64,000 bases of DNA from Vulcanimicrobiota bacterium (GCA_050250895.1 JBFWNU010000001.1:64001-128000); one strand, 5' to 3'. Positions 1-9,738 are shown, counted from the first letter of the stretch. Numbers and translations are program-made. Notes: generated by a model from the sequence alone, not told the origin.

Positions 1-750
1 GTGCTCCGGGGTTTTGCGGGAGCACGATCCGGGATTTCGTGGGAGCACAGCCCGAGGCCCGGCTGGAGGCGGCGTGCTCCAGGTTTTCGTGGGAGCGTGA
101 TCCGGGATTTCGTGGGAGCACAGCCCGAGGCCCGGCTGGAGGCGGCGTGCTCCGAGTTTTTGTGGGAGCATGATCCGGGTTTTCGTGGGAGCAACCCGCC
201 AGGCGCGGCCAGCCGCGGCATGATCCGGGATTTCGTGGGAGCATGCTCCGGGATTTCGTGGGAGCACAGCCCGAGGCCCGGCTGGAGGCGGCGTGCTCCG
301 AGTTTTCGTGGGAGCATGATCCGGGATTTCGTGGGAGCAGTCCGCCAGGCCCGGCCAGCGGCGGCGTGCTCCGGGATTTCGTGGGAGCAACCCGCCAGGC
401 CCGGCCAGCCGCGGCGTGCTCCGGGGCTTCGTGGGAGCACAGCCCGAGGCCCGGCTGGAGGCGGCGTGCTCCGAGTTTTCGTGGGAGCGTGATCCGGGAT
501 TTCGTGGGAGCACAGCCCGAGGCCCGGCTGGAGGCGGCGTGCTCCGAGTTTTCGTGGGAGCATGATCCGGGATTTCGTGGGAGCAACCCGCCAGGCCCGG
601 CCAGTCGCGGCGTGCTCCGGGATTTCGTGGGAGCAACCCGCCAGGCCCGGCCAGCCCCGGCGTGCTCCTGGGCTTCGTGGGAGCAACCCGCCAGGCCCGG
701 CCAGCCGCGGCGTGCTCCGGGATTTCGTGGGAGCAACCCGCCAGGCCCGG
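1..750. repeat. Composite tandem repeat array of 23-nt and 50-nt units sharing the core GGGATTTCGTGGGAGCA
   Basis: About 19 copies of the core (e.g. 31, 104, 227, 250, 323, 373, 496, 569, 619, 719) spaced 23 or 50 nt apart. The 50-nt units carry one of two recurring inserts bracketed by GGAGCA...TGCTCC. Truncated by the window start. The ORFs here are repeat artefacts. Confidence 0.93.
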
Positions 751-760
751 CGGACAGGCC

Positions 761-786
761 AGGCGACTTCCGCGCGGAAGTCGCCT
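761..786. terminator. Perfect palindrome AGGCGACTTCCGCGCGGAAGTCGCCT at the glmM stop (terminator or REP-like)
   Basis: 26-nt perfect inverted repeat overlapping the glmM stop codon; no clear U-tract. Confidence 0.45.
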
Positions 787-2122
787 AGCTCAGGCGGTCG
801 CGGAGTAGGCTGGCGAGCTCGTCGAGCACGCTGTCGAGTTCGGACTGGTCTGACCCTTCGACCATCACGCGGACCAGGGGCTCCGTGCCGGAAGGGCGCA
901 CCAGGATGCGGCCGCGTGACTCGAGACGCTTTTCCATGGCCTCGATGCCGGCCTGAATCTCGGCGTCAGAGAAGAGGAGTTCTTTGTTGCGAGCGGGCAC
1001 GTTGACCAGCTTTTGGGGCAGGCGCTGCATGTCTTGAGCCAGGGCCGATAGAGCCAGCCCGCTCTCTACGAGCACACCGGCCAGGGTCAGGCCGGTAAGG
1101 ATGCCGTCGCCGCTGGTGCTGCGGTCTAAGAGCAGGATGTGGCCTGACTGCTCGCCGCCCAGCACGGCTCCGGCCTTCTGCATCTCTTCAAGCACGTAAC
1201 GGTCGCCAACCTGGGCCCGAACGAGTTCGATGCCCAGTTGGCGCAGGGCCAGTTCCAGGCCGAGGTTGCTCATCACCGTGGCCACCACCAGGTTGGCGGC
1301 CAGCTTGTTCTGGCGCTTGAGCCAGCTGGCTAGAATCAGCATGATGTGGTCGCCGTCAATCTCTTGACCCTGCTCATCGACGGCCAGGCAACGGTCGGCG
1401 TCGCCGTCAAAAGCCAGCCCCAGCGCGGCTCCCTGGCGCACCACCGCCTCGGCCATCTGAGTGAGGTCGGTCGAGCCGCACTTGACGTTGATGAGGTTGC
1501 CGTCGGCCTGGCTGCTGAGCAAGACGACCTCGGCGCCCAGGGCCGCGAACACTTCGGCGGCGTGGCCACAGGCGGCCCCATGGGCGCAGTCGAGGACCAG
1601 TTTGAGGCCCTCGAGCCGTTGGCCTTTCTGGCCGAGATAGTCGCGATAGATCTGGGCCACGTTGTCGGAGGGAAGAACCTGGCCGATGTCGGCTCCGGTA
1701 GGTCGCGGCAACTCGGCCGTCCGGGCGATGAGCTTCTCGAACTCGCGGCACTGGGCGTCGTCGAGCTTGTAGCCGTCAGCACGAAAGAGCTTGATACCGT
1801 TGTCGGCGATGGGGTTGTGGCTGGCCGAGAGCACGGCCCCGCCCTGGCACTCTAGCACTTGCACCAGGTGAGCCACGCCGGGGGTAGGGATGATGCCGGC
1901 CAGGATCAAGTCGGCACCTGAGGAGGTGGCGCCGGCCACATAGGCGGCCTCGAGCATGGGTCCGCTCAGGCGCGAGTCGCGGCCCACCACGACGGTGGGT
2001 CGGCGGTCGTGCTGCTGCCGGAGAAAATAACCGTGGGCCCGCCCGATGGCAAAGACCGTCTCGGGGGTCAGTTCCTGGTTGGCTACGCCGCGGACGCCGT
2101 CGGTACCGAAAAGCTTGCTCAT
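785..2122 (-). CDS. glmM: Phosphoglucosamine mutase
   Basis: N-terminal KLFGTDGVRG, active-site SASHNP, metal-binding DGDADR, GGEQSGH and RPSGTEP motifs. Confidence 0.97.
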   Translation of the reverse strand: MSKLFGTDGVRGVANQELTPETVFAIGRAHGYFLRQQHDRRPTVVVGRDSRLSGPMLEAAYVAGATSSGADLILAGIIPTPGVAHLVQVLECQGGAVLSASHNPIADNGIKLFRADGYKLDDAQCREFEKLIARTAELPRPTGADIGQVLPSDNVAQIYRDYLGQKGQRLEGLKLVLDCAHGAACGHAAEVFAALGAEVVLLSSQADGNLINVKCGSTDLTQMAEAVVRQGAALGLAFDGDADRCLAVDEQGQEIDGDHIMLILASWLKRQNKLAANLVVATVMSNLGLELALRQLGIELVRAQVGDRYVLEEMQKAGAVLGGEQSGHILLLDRSTSGDGILTGLTLAGVLVESGLALSALAQDMQRLPQKLVNVPARNKELLFSDAEIQAGIEAMEKRLESRGRILVRPSGTEPLVRVMVEGSDQSELDSVLDELASLLRDRLS

Positions 2123-2149
2123 GGCGGGCCTTTTCGCCTTCGAGGGGCG

Positions 2150-3136
2150 CTACCCTCCGGCCGATGGGCTGGCCTCGGTGCCAACCTCGGACGGCACTTC
2201 CTTCTTCTCGGGGGTAACCCGCACCCGCACCCGGGTGGCGCTCACCAGGGTCACGCCTTTGGGCGGCAGCAGGGCCACCTCTTGCTCGATCACGCTGGTG
2301 GGCGCGCCAAAGTCGACGGCCTCGGTCTTGATCACGGTGGGGGGCGAGAGCCCCTGGGCTACGCGGATGGTCACCACGCTGGGGTCAGCCCGCATACTGT
2401 AACGGTACCCCTCGCGAATGGCTACTCGCGCGTTCTCGAGAGCCACCGGCACTCCCATCAGAGTTCCTTTGGATTCGATGGGCACCGTGGCCGCCACCCG
2501 CTTGGGAGCCACCCTGACCTGGTAGTTGTTGCCGGCTACCGGCGTGCCGTTTTCGCTCACCGGAACCAGCCCGGTGACGTCGGCCGTGAAGGTTCGGCTC
2601 TGGCCGTCGAGCAAGATGCGCCCGCGCACCCGTGCCACCTCGTTGACCAGCGCTTCGGGACCCTGGATCTTGACCCGGTCGGGATCGACCGAGACGTCTC
2701 CGGTGGACATCCCTTCGGCCGGGTTGCCACCCACCTTGACCTCGACGGGCACTTCCTTGGCCAGCAGAGGAGAAATCTTGACATTGACCGAGCGAGGCTC
2801 CTGATCGACCAGGCGCACCTCGGGAGGATAGAGCACCTTCACTTCCGGCCAGTGACTGCCGGCGGTCATACCGTTGAGGTCGACGTAGGCGCGCACCAGA
2901 CCTTCGCGCAACTGCTTGACCACCCGCGACTCACCTTCGAGGGTCACGTCCACCGTCTCGGCCGAATACTCATAGGGAATCAGGTTGGGAGCGTTGCCCT
3001 GGCGCTCGAGGGGCAAAGTGAGCGTGATCTGGGCCAGCACCTCGCGCCCGGCCGGGCTGTTGGTGACGCGGACGTAGGCCCACAGCACGATGGCGATGAC
3101 GAGAGCGAGAACGCGTAGTCCGAGGTTCTCTTTCAT
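2150..3136 (-). CDS. cdaR: YbbR-domain regulator of diadenylate cyclase
   Basis: N-terminal anchor ENLGLRVLALVIAIVLWAYV, YbbR-like beta-rich repeats, and position between cdaA and glmM. Confidence 0.9.
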   Translation of the reverse strand: MKENLGLRVLALVIAIVLWAYVRVTNSPAGREVLAQITLTLPLERQGNAPNLIPYEYSAETVDVTLEGESRVVKQLREGLVRAYVDLNGMTAGSHWPEVKVLYPPEVRLVDQEPRSVNVKISPLLAKEVPVEVKVGGNPAEGMSTGDVSVDPDRVKIQGPEALVNEVARVRGRILLDGQSRTFTADVTGLVPVSENGTPVAGNNYQVRVAPKRVAATVPIESKGTLMGVPVALENARVAIREGYRYSMRADPSVVTIRVAQGLSPPTVIKTEAVDFGAPTSVIEQEVALLPPKGVTLVSATRVRVRVTPEKKEVPSEVGTEASPSAGG

Positions 3137-3921
3137 TTCTTAGGCTCGCTCACCAGATACTTGCCCAACTGCTTCTTGACTTCTCCTTCATCGACCAGCG
3201 GGCGCGAAAAGGCGCCGTCGTGGGCCAGACGCACCTCGCCCGACTCTTCCGAGACCACCACCACTACGCAATCAGACTGCTCGGAAACACCCAGCGCGGC
3301 CCGGTGGCGGGTGCCGAACTTGGCGTCGATGGTCTGGGCCGAAAGAGCCAGATAGCAGCCGCCGGCCACGATGCGGTTACCGCGCACGATGACCGCTCCG
3401 TCGTGGAGAGGGGTCTTGGGATGAAACAGCGAGATCAACAACTTGCCCGAGACTAAACCTTCGATACGCTGACCGGTTTCGATAAAGTCCTCGAGACCGG
3501 CTTCGCGTTCGAGCACGATCAGAGCTCCGTGGCGCAGGCTCGCCAGCGAAGAGGCGGCATAGGCCAGGTCATCGAGCAAAGTCGCCAACTCTTGCCGGTC
3601 CATCTTGCCAAGACCCGCGGCCGGAAGCATGCCTTGCTGTCCCAGACGCATCAGGGCGCGGCGCAACTCGGGCTGGAAGACGATGGGAACGAGCACCGCC
3701 AGGGAAACCAGGAACCAGTTGAGCAGCCAGCTGAGGGTCTGCAGCCGGCCAGCGTGCGCCACCAGCAGCAACAGAAGGATGACGCCGACTCCCTGGATGA
3801 TCTGGACGGCGCGGGTGCGTTGGATGGCCAGGAGCACGAAATACAGACACAGAGCAACCAATAACACGTCGAAGAAATCGGTTAGCTCGACCTGATTCAG
3901 GAATTGCAGCAGAAATTCCAA
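3133..3921 (-). CDS. cdaA: Diadenylate cyclase CdaA/DacA
   Basis: Three N-terminal TM helices, IVFQPELRRAL, LHDGA and GTRHRAA catalytic motifs. Confidence 0.96.
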   Translation of the reverse strand: MEFLLQFLNQVELTDFFDVLLVALCLYFVLLAIQRTRAVQIIQGVGVILLLLLVAHAGRLQTLSWLLNWFLVSLAVLVPIVFQPELRRALMRLGQQGMLPAAGLGKMDRQELATLLDDLAYAASSLASLRHGALIVLEREAGLEDFIETGQRIEGLVSGKLLISLFHPKTPLHDGAVIVRGNRIVAGGCYLALSAQTIDAKFGTRHRAALGVSEQSDCVVVVVSEESGEVRLAHDGAFSRPLVDEGEVKKQLGKYLVSEPKK

Positions 3922-4004
3922 TAAAAATAACGCTCCGGCGCCAGCGTTGCCCGACGGTGCGGGCTACTGGTGGGTTTCCACCCGCTCCAGCTCATCCCTC
4001 CCTC

Positions 4005-4033
4005 TTTACAAAAGGTGCCCAGGTCGTTATCAT
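4005..4033 (+). promoter_or_regulatory. sigma70-type promoter of speD-speE
   Basis: TTTACA (4005-4010), 17-nt spacer, TATCAT (4028-4033). Confidence 0.6.
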
Positions 4034-4108
4034 AGCGGTCTGTAAACGGGTGCCGGGCACCTGAAATTTGGAGGTGGGAAGTTTTCCCAAGGTAGAAAGG
4101 AGCGCGCT

Positions 4109-4528
4109 GTGAAAGCTCTGGGTTGTCATATCGTGGCCGAACTCTCGCATTGTGATGGCGAGTTACTCACCTGTCTCGAGACGGTGCAAAATGCCATGGT
4201 ACGGGCCGCGGAACTAGCCAAGGCCGAGATTAGAGAAGTTGCTTTTCATCGATTTGTGCCCCACGGGGTTAGTGGCGTGGTGGTCATCTCTGAATCTCAT
4301 CTGTCGATTCATACCTGGCCTGAACTCGGTTACGCAGCCATCGACATCTACACTTGCGGGACTTCCGCCGACCCCTGGCTGGCTCTTCAATATCTGGCCG
4401 AGCAGTTTCGCAGCCAGACCCTTACCACTTCGGTGATCGAGCGAGGCTCGCTGACTCCGTCAGGCGCCTTTTCTCATGTGGTGACCGCCCCACGAGAGGA
4501 CGACTCGATTGCCGCAAGAAGCGCCTGA
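4109..4528 (+). CDS. speD: S-adenosylmethionine decarboxylase proenzyme (class 1B)
   Basis: GVSGVVVISESHLSIHTWPE self-cleavage motif and DIYTCG; AAAGGAG RBS before GTG. Confidence 0.94.
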   Translation: MKALGCHIVAELSHCDGELLTCLETVQNAMVRAAELAKAEIREVAFHRFVPHGVSGVVVISESHLSIHTWPELGYAAIDIYTCGTSADPWLALQYLAEQFRSQTLTTSVIERGSLTPSGAFSHVVTAPREDDSIAARSA

Positions 4529-5408
4529 GAAGACACGCCGCAACAAGATCACCTCGTGGCTTTTCGAGCGCATCGGCCGCAGCGTGATGACGGCCTACGG
4601 CACGACCCGCACCCTGTATCGCGGTCGTAGTCGATTTCAAACCATCGAACTGGCGGAAAACCCCGACCTGGGCAAGCTGCTGCTGCTCGACAACGAACTG
4701 CAGTCGGCCTCGAGCGATGAGTTTATCTATCACGAAACCCTGGTCCATCCGGCCATGCTGGCCCATCCAAATCCTCGCCGGGTGGTGATTCTGGGCGGCG
4801 GCGAGGGGGCGACCCTACGCGAGGTGCTCAAACACCCCACCGTCGAGCAGGCCGTCATGATCGACATCGATCGCGAAGTGGTCGAGGCCTGCCGCCGTTT
4901 CCTGCCCGAGCAGTCGGCCGGCGCTTTTGACGACCCGAGAGCCGAACTGATCTTCGGCGATGCCCGCGAATGGGTCGAGCGCACCAACCAACCGATCGAT
5001 GTCATCATCTCGGACCTGACCGAGCCCAAGCTCAGCGAACTCTCGGCCTCGCTGTTCTCCAAGAGGTTCTTCGACCTGCTCAGCCGGCGGCTTGATCCAG
5101 AGGGCATCCTCAGCCTGCAAGCCTCTCACGGCTCTCCTCAGAAGCTCGACCGCCACAAGGCTATCCGCGGCAACCTGCTCACCGCCTTTGAACGCGTCCG
5201 CACGTTGCTGTGCACCATCCCGTCCTTCCATTGCCTGTGGTGCTTTGCCACCGCCTCGCAGCGCTGGGACCCGGGCCTTCTCGACAGCAGGGAGATTGAC
5301 CGCCGCATCCAAGCCCGCCAGGTAGAAGGATTGCGGTTCTACGACGGTCAAACTCACCAGCGGTTAGTGTCATTGCCGCACAATTTTCGCACCGCACTGA
5401 GGTCATGA
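4509..5408 (+). CDS. speE: Polyamine aminopropyltransferase (spermidine synthase)
   Basis: DEFIYHETLVHP, ILGGGEGA, IDID and DVIISD motifs; TTG start with GAGGA RBS overlapping the speD end. Confidence 0.94.
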   Translation: MPQEAPEKTRRNKITSWLFERIGRSVMTAYGTTRTLYRGRSRFQTIELAENPDLGKLLLLDNELQSASSDEFIYHETLVHPAMLAHPNPRRVVILGGGEGATLREVLKHPTVEQAVMIDIDREVVEACRRFLPEQSAGAFDDPRAELIFGDAREWVERTNQPIDVIISDLTEPKLSELSASLFSKRFFDLLSRRLDPEGILSLQASHGSPQKLDRHKAIRGNLLTAFERVRTLLCTIPSFHCLWCFATASQRWDPGLLDSREIDRRIQARQVEGLRFYDGQTHQRLVSLPHNFRTALRS

Positions 5409-6316
5409 TTCGAGTCGGAGTCATATCGGGCCAGGAAATTTTCACCACCACGCTGGTCGAGGCTCTCAACGCACGTCCCGGCGTCCAGGCCGAGTTTGTC
5501 CGTCTCTACGAGACCCATCTCGAGACTCCGGCCGAATATGACGTGCTCATCGATCGTCTGAGCCACTGCCTGGAGTATTACCAGGCCTACCTCAAGCAGG
5601 CGGCCCTCAAAGGCACCTACGTCATCAACAACCCCTTCCGCTTTCTCTCGGACGACAAGTTCTTCAACTACGCCCTGGCCGACAAGATCGGCGTGGCCGT
5701 TCCCAAGACCGTATTGCTGCCCTCGCGCGAGTATGACGAGCGGGTGCTCGAACCCGAAGACCTGCAAAATCTGGGCTATCCGCTCGACTGGGACAAGATC
5801 GTCAGCCGGGTCGGCTTGCCGGCAATCTTCAAACCGTATGACGGCTATGGCTGGCGTGAGGTCCATAAGGTCGAATCGATGGAGCAGTTGCTCGAACTCT
5901 ACAACGAGTCGATGATGGACGTCATGATGCTGCAGGAGTTCATCGAGTTCGAGCACTACGTGCGCTGCTTCGTGGTGGGCAAAAAGCACGTGCTTCCGAC
6001 TCACTACGATCCGGTCGAGCGTCGCTATATCGTCGATCACAGCCATCTCACTCCCGAGTTGGGCCAGCGCATCGTGGGCGACTGCATTAAGATTTGCCGC
6101 TATTTAGGCTATGATATCAACACTGTCGAGTTTGCTATTCGTGACGGTGTGCCGTATGCCATCGACTTCATGAACCCGGTTCCCGAGGCCAAGCCCCAGG
6201 TCATCACTCCCATGTACTTCTCGTGGCTCATCGAGAAGGTGGTCGAGTTCGTGGAAGAGGTCGGCCAGGCGGGTAAAGGCAGCCCCTACTTCCTGGCCGA
6301 GCCTCTGCTCACTTAA
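5405..6316 (+). CDS. RimK-like ATP-grasp protein
   Basis: DDKFFNY...VPKT, KPYDGYGW, LQEFI and IDFMNP ATP-grasp motifs; ATGA overlap with speE. Confidence 0.85.
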   Translation: MIRVGVISGQEIFTTTLVEALNARPGVQAEFVRLYETHLETPAEYDVLIDRLSHCLEYYQAYLKQAALKGTYVINNPFRFLSDDKFFNYALADKIGVAVPKTVLLPSREYDERVLEPEDLQNLGYPLDWDKIVSRVGLPAIFKPYDGYGWREVHKVESMEQLLELYNESMMDVMMLQEFIEFEHYVRCFVVGKKHVLPTHYDPVERRYIVDHSHLTPELGQRIVGDCIKICRYLGYDINTVEFAIRDGVPYAIDFMNPVPEAKPQVITPMYFSWLIEKVVEFVEEVGQAGKGSPYFLAEPLLT

Positions 6317-6317
6317 G

Positions 6318-6351
6318 AAAAAGGGCCGGCACCCGCAGGCACCGGCCCTTC
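6318..6351. terminator. Hairpin between convergent genes (probable terminator)
   Basis: AAAAGGGCCGG...CCGGCCCTT inverted repeat; the A-run gives a U-tract on the minus strand. Confidence 0.6.
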
Positions 6352-6373
6352 CGCGATTAGGCTCCGTTCGTCT

Positions 6374-7510
6374 TTAGAAGGCGAATTGAGCGAAGTCGGG
6401 CAAGCGCGGTGAAGTCAGTTGCGTGCCGGTGGTGGCTCCCGCAGTGAGAGCGCCGTTAGCGTTGACGGTGAAGTTGGTCAGGCTGTTGTTGGCGAAATCG
6501 ACCGCGAACAGCAGGCCGCCGCGGGGGTCGAGAGCCACGAAGTTCGAGAGTTGACCAGCCGCGAAGGGCGAACCGGCCAGAGCGGCCAGAGCACCGTTGG
6601 TGCCGTTGACCGTGAAGGCCGAGACGTTGTTGCTGCTGTCGCTACCGACATAGACCACCCCCTGGCCCGAGAGGGCAGTGCCGCCGCAGTCAAAGCCGAG
6701 GGCCACGGCACTGCCGTTGACCTGAGTCAGGCTGCCGTTGGCGTTGACGGTGAGCGGCAGCAAGCTGGAGCTGTTGGCGCCGGCATCTTCAACCGAAGCC
6801 ACCAAGACCGTTCCGGAGGGGTGCAGCGAGAGGCCGTCGACCGAGGTGCCGCCGGCCACATTGCTGATGCTGTTGGCCGTGAGGTTGCCGTTGGTCTCGT
6901 TGACGGTGAAGGTTTCGATGCTGGCCACGCCGCCGTTGGCGCCAGCCACGTTGAGGAACAGGCCGTTAGCCGTGCGGGTGAACACCGGGGCCACCTGGGT
7001 CGGGTTCGAAACCAGAGCCAGGTTGACCGGGTTGGTCAGGCTGCCGTTAGCCGCGATGGTGAAGGTGCGGATCTGGGCGCCACCGCCACCCGCCGCATAG
7101 AGAAAGCGGCCGGTAGGGTCGACGGCGATGGCCGTTACCCCCAGCGGAGCCGCGAAAGGCGAGCCGGGCACGGCGGTCAGCAGACCGTTGGCCCCAACCG
7201 TGAAAGCCGAGACGTTGTCGCTGCCCTGGTTGGCCACATAGATCAGATTCTGATTAGGGTGGGTGCGCACCATCACCGGGGTGGTGCCGGCACTGGCCTG
7301 AGTGATATCGGCCGTAGCGCCGTTGGCTGTATTGATGTTCTTGACGGCCACGTTGTTGATGCCCGCGCCCGCGCTGGGAACGAAGATATGCTCGATCACG
7401 CCGCTCTGGCTGTTACCGAGGACAATCGCGTCGGTGCTATCGTCACACCCCGCGAAAAACAGAGCACCGGCCATGGCCAGTGCGATGCAAAAATTTCGTG
7501 CTTTCCCCAT
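6374..7510 (-). CDS. Lipoprotein with a lactonase-family (YVTN/6-PGL-like) beta-propeller
   Basis: Lipobox FFAGC; repeated blades such as YVANQGSDNVSAFTV...GSPF and VDPTGRFLY. Confidence 0.82.
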   Translation of the reverse strand: MGKARNFCIALAMAGALFFAGCDDSTDAIVLGNSQSGVIEHIFVPSAGAGINNVAVKNINTANGATADITQASAGTTPVMVRTHPNQNLIYVANQGSDNVSAFTVGANGLLTAVPGSPFAAPLGVTAIAVDPTGRFLYAAGGGGAQIRTFTIAANGSLTNPVNLALVSNPTQVAPVFTRTANGLFLNVAGANGGVASIETFTVNETNGNLTANSISNVAGGTSVDGLSLHPSGTVLVASVEDAGANSSSLLPLTVNANGSLTQVNGSAVALGFDCGGTALSGQGVVYVGSDSSNNVSAFTVNGTNGALAALAGSPFAAGQLSNFVALDPRGGLLFAVDFANNSLTNFTVNANGALTAGATTGTQLTSPRLPDFAQFAF

Positions 7511-7649
7511 GGTCTAATCAAACCATCCTGTAATCATGATTTTCGAGATGCGCCGCAACTCGAGAGCGGGAGGCTTTGCCACCACCGGAAACCCATCCTT
7601 CTGGAGAGGCAAAAATTCGCAAAGTCAGAATCACTATAGGAAAACCTGA

Positions 7650-8582
7650 CTAGCTCTCCTCGAGCACCAATTCACTGAAGAGGCGAGCTAGTTCGGGGTC
7701 GAACTGGGTGCCGGCATGGCGCAAGATCTCTTCGGCCGCTTCTTCGCAACTAACTCGTTCTCGATAGGGCCGGCTGCCGGTCATGGCGTCGAAGGTATCG
7801 ACAATGGACAACATGCGCGCCACCAGTGGAATCTCGTCACCGGCCAGACCGTCGGGATAGCCCTGGCCGTCCCAGCGCTCGTGGTGGCCGCGCACCGAAG
7901 CCAGAATCATCTCGGGCGCCTCTAAAGGCAACAACATCGCCTCGCCAATGACGGGGTGCAGCCGGACCAGTTCGTATTCCTCATCGGTGAGCCGGTCGGG
8001 CTTGTTGATGATCTCGGCGGGCATGGCCAGCTTGCCGATGTCGTGGTACTCTCCGCCCATCAACATGGCCTCCATGAATTCGTCCTGGTCGTAGGCGTCG
8101 AAAGAGGCCAGGGTCAGCGCTAAAAAGCCGCCTTCCTTCAGCTTGGCGCTTTTTTTGAGGTCCTTGCGAAACTTGCGATCCAGTCCCAGCATGCGGGCGA
8201 ATCGCGAAGCCAGCTCGCCCACCCGCACGCAATGTCGATAGCTCTCGGGGCACAGCCGTTGCATGGCCGCGTCGAGGGCCTCGTCGGCGCTCATATTGGG
8301 AAAGGCCTTGGCCAGGAACGAATAGGTGCTCTCGGTGAGCTTCTGAGCGGTGGCCTTGAGCACCAGCGGTGGAGGCGTCTTGTTCTCGCCAAACAGTCTG
8401 ACCATCAGGGTGAGGGTCTGCTGATCGGCCAGAGCCTTGCTGGCATCGAGGCTAAACGAGACCATGGAGGCTCCGTTGCGCGGGCCTCCGTCCGGCAGCG
8501 TGGTGGAGGGTTTCGAGACGGCGACTCCGGTCTGCAAAAAGGGAAGCCGACCCGAATTTCCGGCTTGCCCGGGAACGATCAC
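7650..8582 (-). CDS. HD-GYP domain phosphodiesterase
   Basis: YHDIGK, HHERWDGQGYP and RPYR motifs. Confidence 0.92.
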   Translation of the reverse strand: MIVPGQAGNSGRLPFLQTGVAVSKPSTTLPDGGPRNGASMVSFSLDASKALADQQTLTLMVRLFGENKTPPPLVLKATAQKLTESTYSFLAKAFPNMSADEALDAAMQRLCPESYRHCVRVGELASRFARMLGLDRKFRKDLKKSAKLKEGGFLALTLASFDAYDQDEFMEAMLMGGEYHDIGKLAMPAEIINKPDRLTDEEYELVRLHPVIGEAMLLPLEAPEMILASVRGHHERWDGQGYPDGLAGDEIPLVARMLSIVDTFDAMTGSRPYRERVSCEEAAEEILRHAGTQFDPELARLFSELVLEES

Positions 8583-8601
8583 TGGTTAGGGCCTGGCCGG
8601 G

Positions 8602-8853
8602 TCAATGAGTCAGGGCCGGCAACTCGGCCACCTGGGCCGAAACGGGCTCTTCAAGCGTCACCTGGCAGGTCTCGATGATGCGCCCGTGAGCTTGTGCGGC
8701 CAGGCGAATGCGAGCGTCGAAAACGACTCCGTCAATCAGGATCAGGCCACCTTCGGGGGGACAACCTTCCTGTTCGAGAAGGTCGCTCAACAACAACCCC
8801 GGCGCGATGTCGGGAGAGATTTTCTGGCCGTTGAGAGTCAACTCGATTTGCAT
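8602..8853 (-). CDS. Short CoxS/XdhC-like protein lacking the 2Fe-2S cysteines
   Basis: Start MQIELTLNGQ...PGLLLSDLL and LIDG...AAQAHGRIIET resemble the CoxS N-terminal domain. GAGGAG RBS; lies downstream of a CoxM-like gene. Confidence 0.65.
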   Translation of the reverse strand: MQIELTLNGQKISPDIAPGLLLSDLLEQEGCPPEGGLILIDGVVFDARIRLAAQAHGRIIETCQVTLEEPVSAQVAELPALTH

Positions 8854-8889
8854 GTCGCTCCTCTACCCCCTCCGGTTTACCATGAGAGT

Positions 8890-9738
8890 TTAACTTGCGG
8901 GCGCCAACATGGTCAAGGCGCGCCGCACCAGAACTCCACTCATTCTTCGTCGATAGTCAGCGCTAGCGCGCATGTCGAGGATCGGCTCTACGGCTTCGGT
9001 CAGCACTGTCTCGGCCCGCTGAATCACCCGCCTCTCGAGCGGCTGCGCGCGCAAGACCTCCTCCGCCTCGGGCACGCGCCGGGGCGTTCTGGTGACGGCC
9101 CCGATGGCAATACGGGCCACCCGACAGCAACCGTCTTCAAACTCGATGTAGACGGCCAGGTTGACCAGAGCCTGGTCAACCGGCGTGGGGGCCAGTTTGA
9201 CGAAGACCCCGCGCGCGTTGGCGGGAGTCTTGGGCACGCGCACCTCGGTCAGGATCCCATCGCCGACAGCCGTCGTTCGGTAATCGACGAAGAACTCTTC
9301 GACGGGGATCACTCCCTCGCCGGCCTCGTCAAAAACCACGGCCTGGGCGTCGAGGGCCAACAGGGCCGGCGGCGTGTCGGCAAAGGGACCGGCCCCAGCC
9401 AGGTTGCCCCCGAGCGTGGCGGCGTTGCGGACGGGGGTGGGCCAACCCTCGCAGCTCGACCGGGCCAACAGGCCTCCGCCCAGACTGGTGGCCTGGGGCG
9501 AGGTCGCCAACTGCTGCATGGTGATGGTGGCACCAAGACAGATATGGTCGGTAGTCTCTCGGATGCGATCAAGTCCGAGACGAGTTATGTCGATGAGACA
9601 ACGAATCCCTGGAGGTGGATCGGTCACGATGTCGGTTCCCCCCGCGATTACCGCGGCCGCCCGGGCATATTCTTTCCGTTTCTGAATCGCGTCTGCCAGA
9701 TTCTCAGGGAAGTAGACTTCTTCGAGGTCTTTGAGCAA
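8890..9738 (-). CDS. Xanthine/CO dehydrogenase family FAD-binding subunit (CoxM-like)
   Basis: IAGGTD, VRNAATLGGNL and DMRASADYRR motifs. Confidence 0.92.
   Translation of the reverse strand: MLKDLEEVYFPENLADAIQKRKEYARAAAVIAGGTDIVTDPPPGIRCLIDITRLGLDRIRETTDHICLGATITMQQLATSPQATSLGGGLLARSSCEGWPTPVRNAATLGGNLAGAGPFADTPPALLALDAQAVVFDEAGEGVIPVEEFFVDYRTTAVGDGILTEVRVPKTPANARGVFVKLAPTPVDQALVNLAVYIEFEDGCCRVARIAIGAVTRTPRRVPEAEEVLRAQPLERRVIQRAETVLTEAVEPILDMRASADYRRRMSGVLVRRALTMLAPAS

Noticed and set aside
1-750. CRISPR array
   Set aside because: Spacers are reused rather than unique, the period alternates between 23 and 50 nt, and there are no cas genes in the window.
1-1005. ORFs 1-492, 243-788 and 562-1005 as proteins
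   Set aside because: They are translations of the DNA repeat in several frames.
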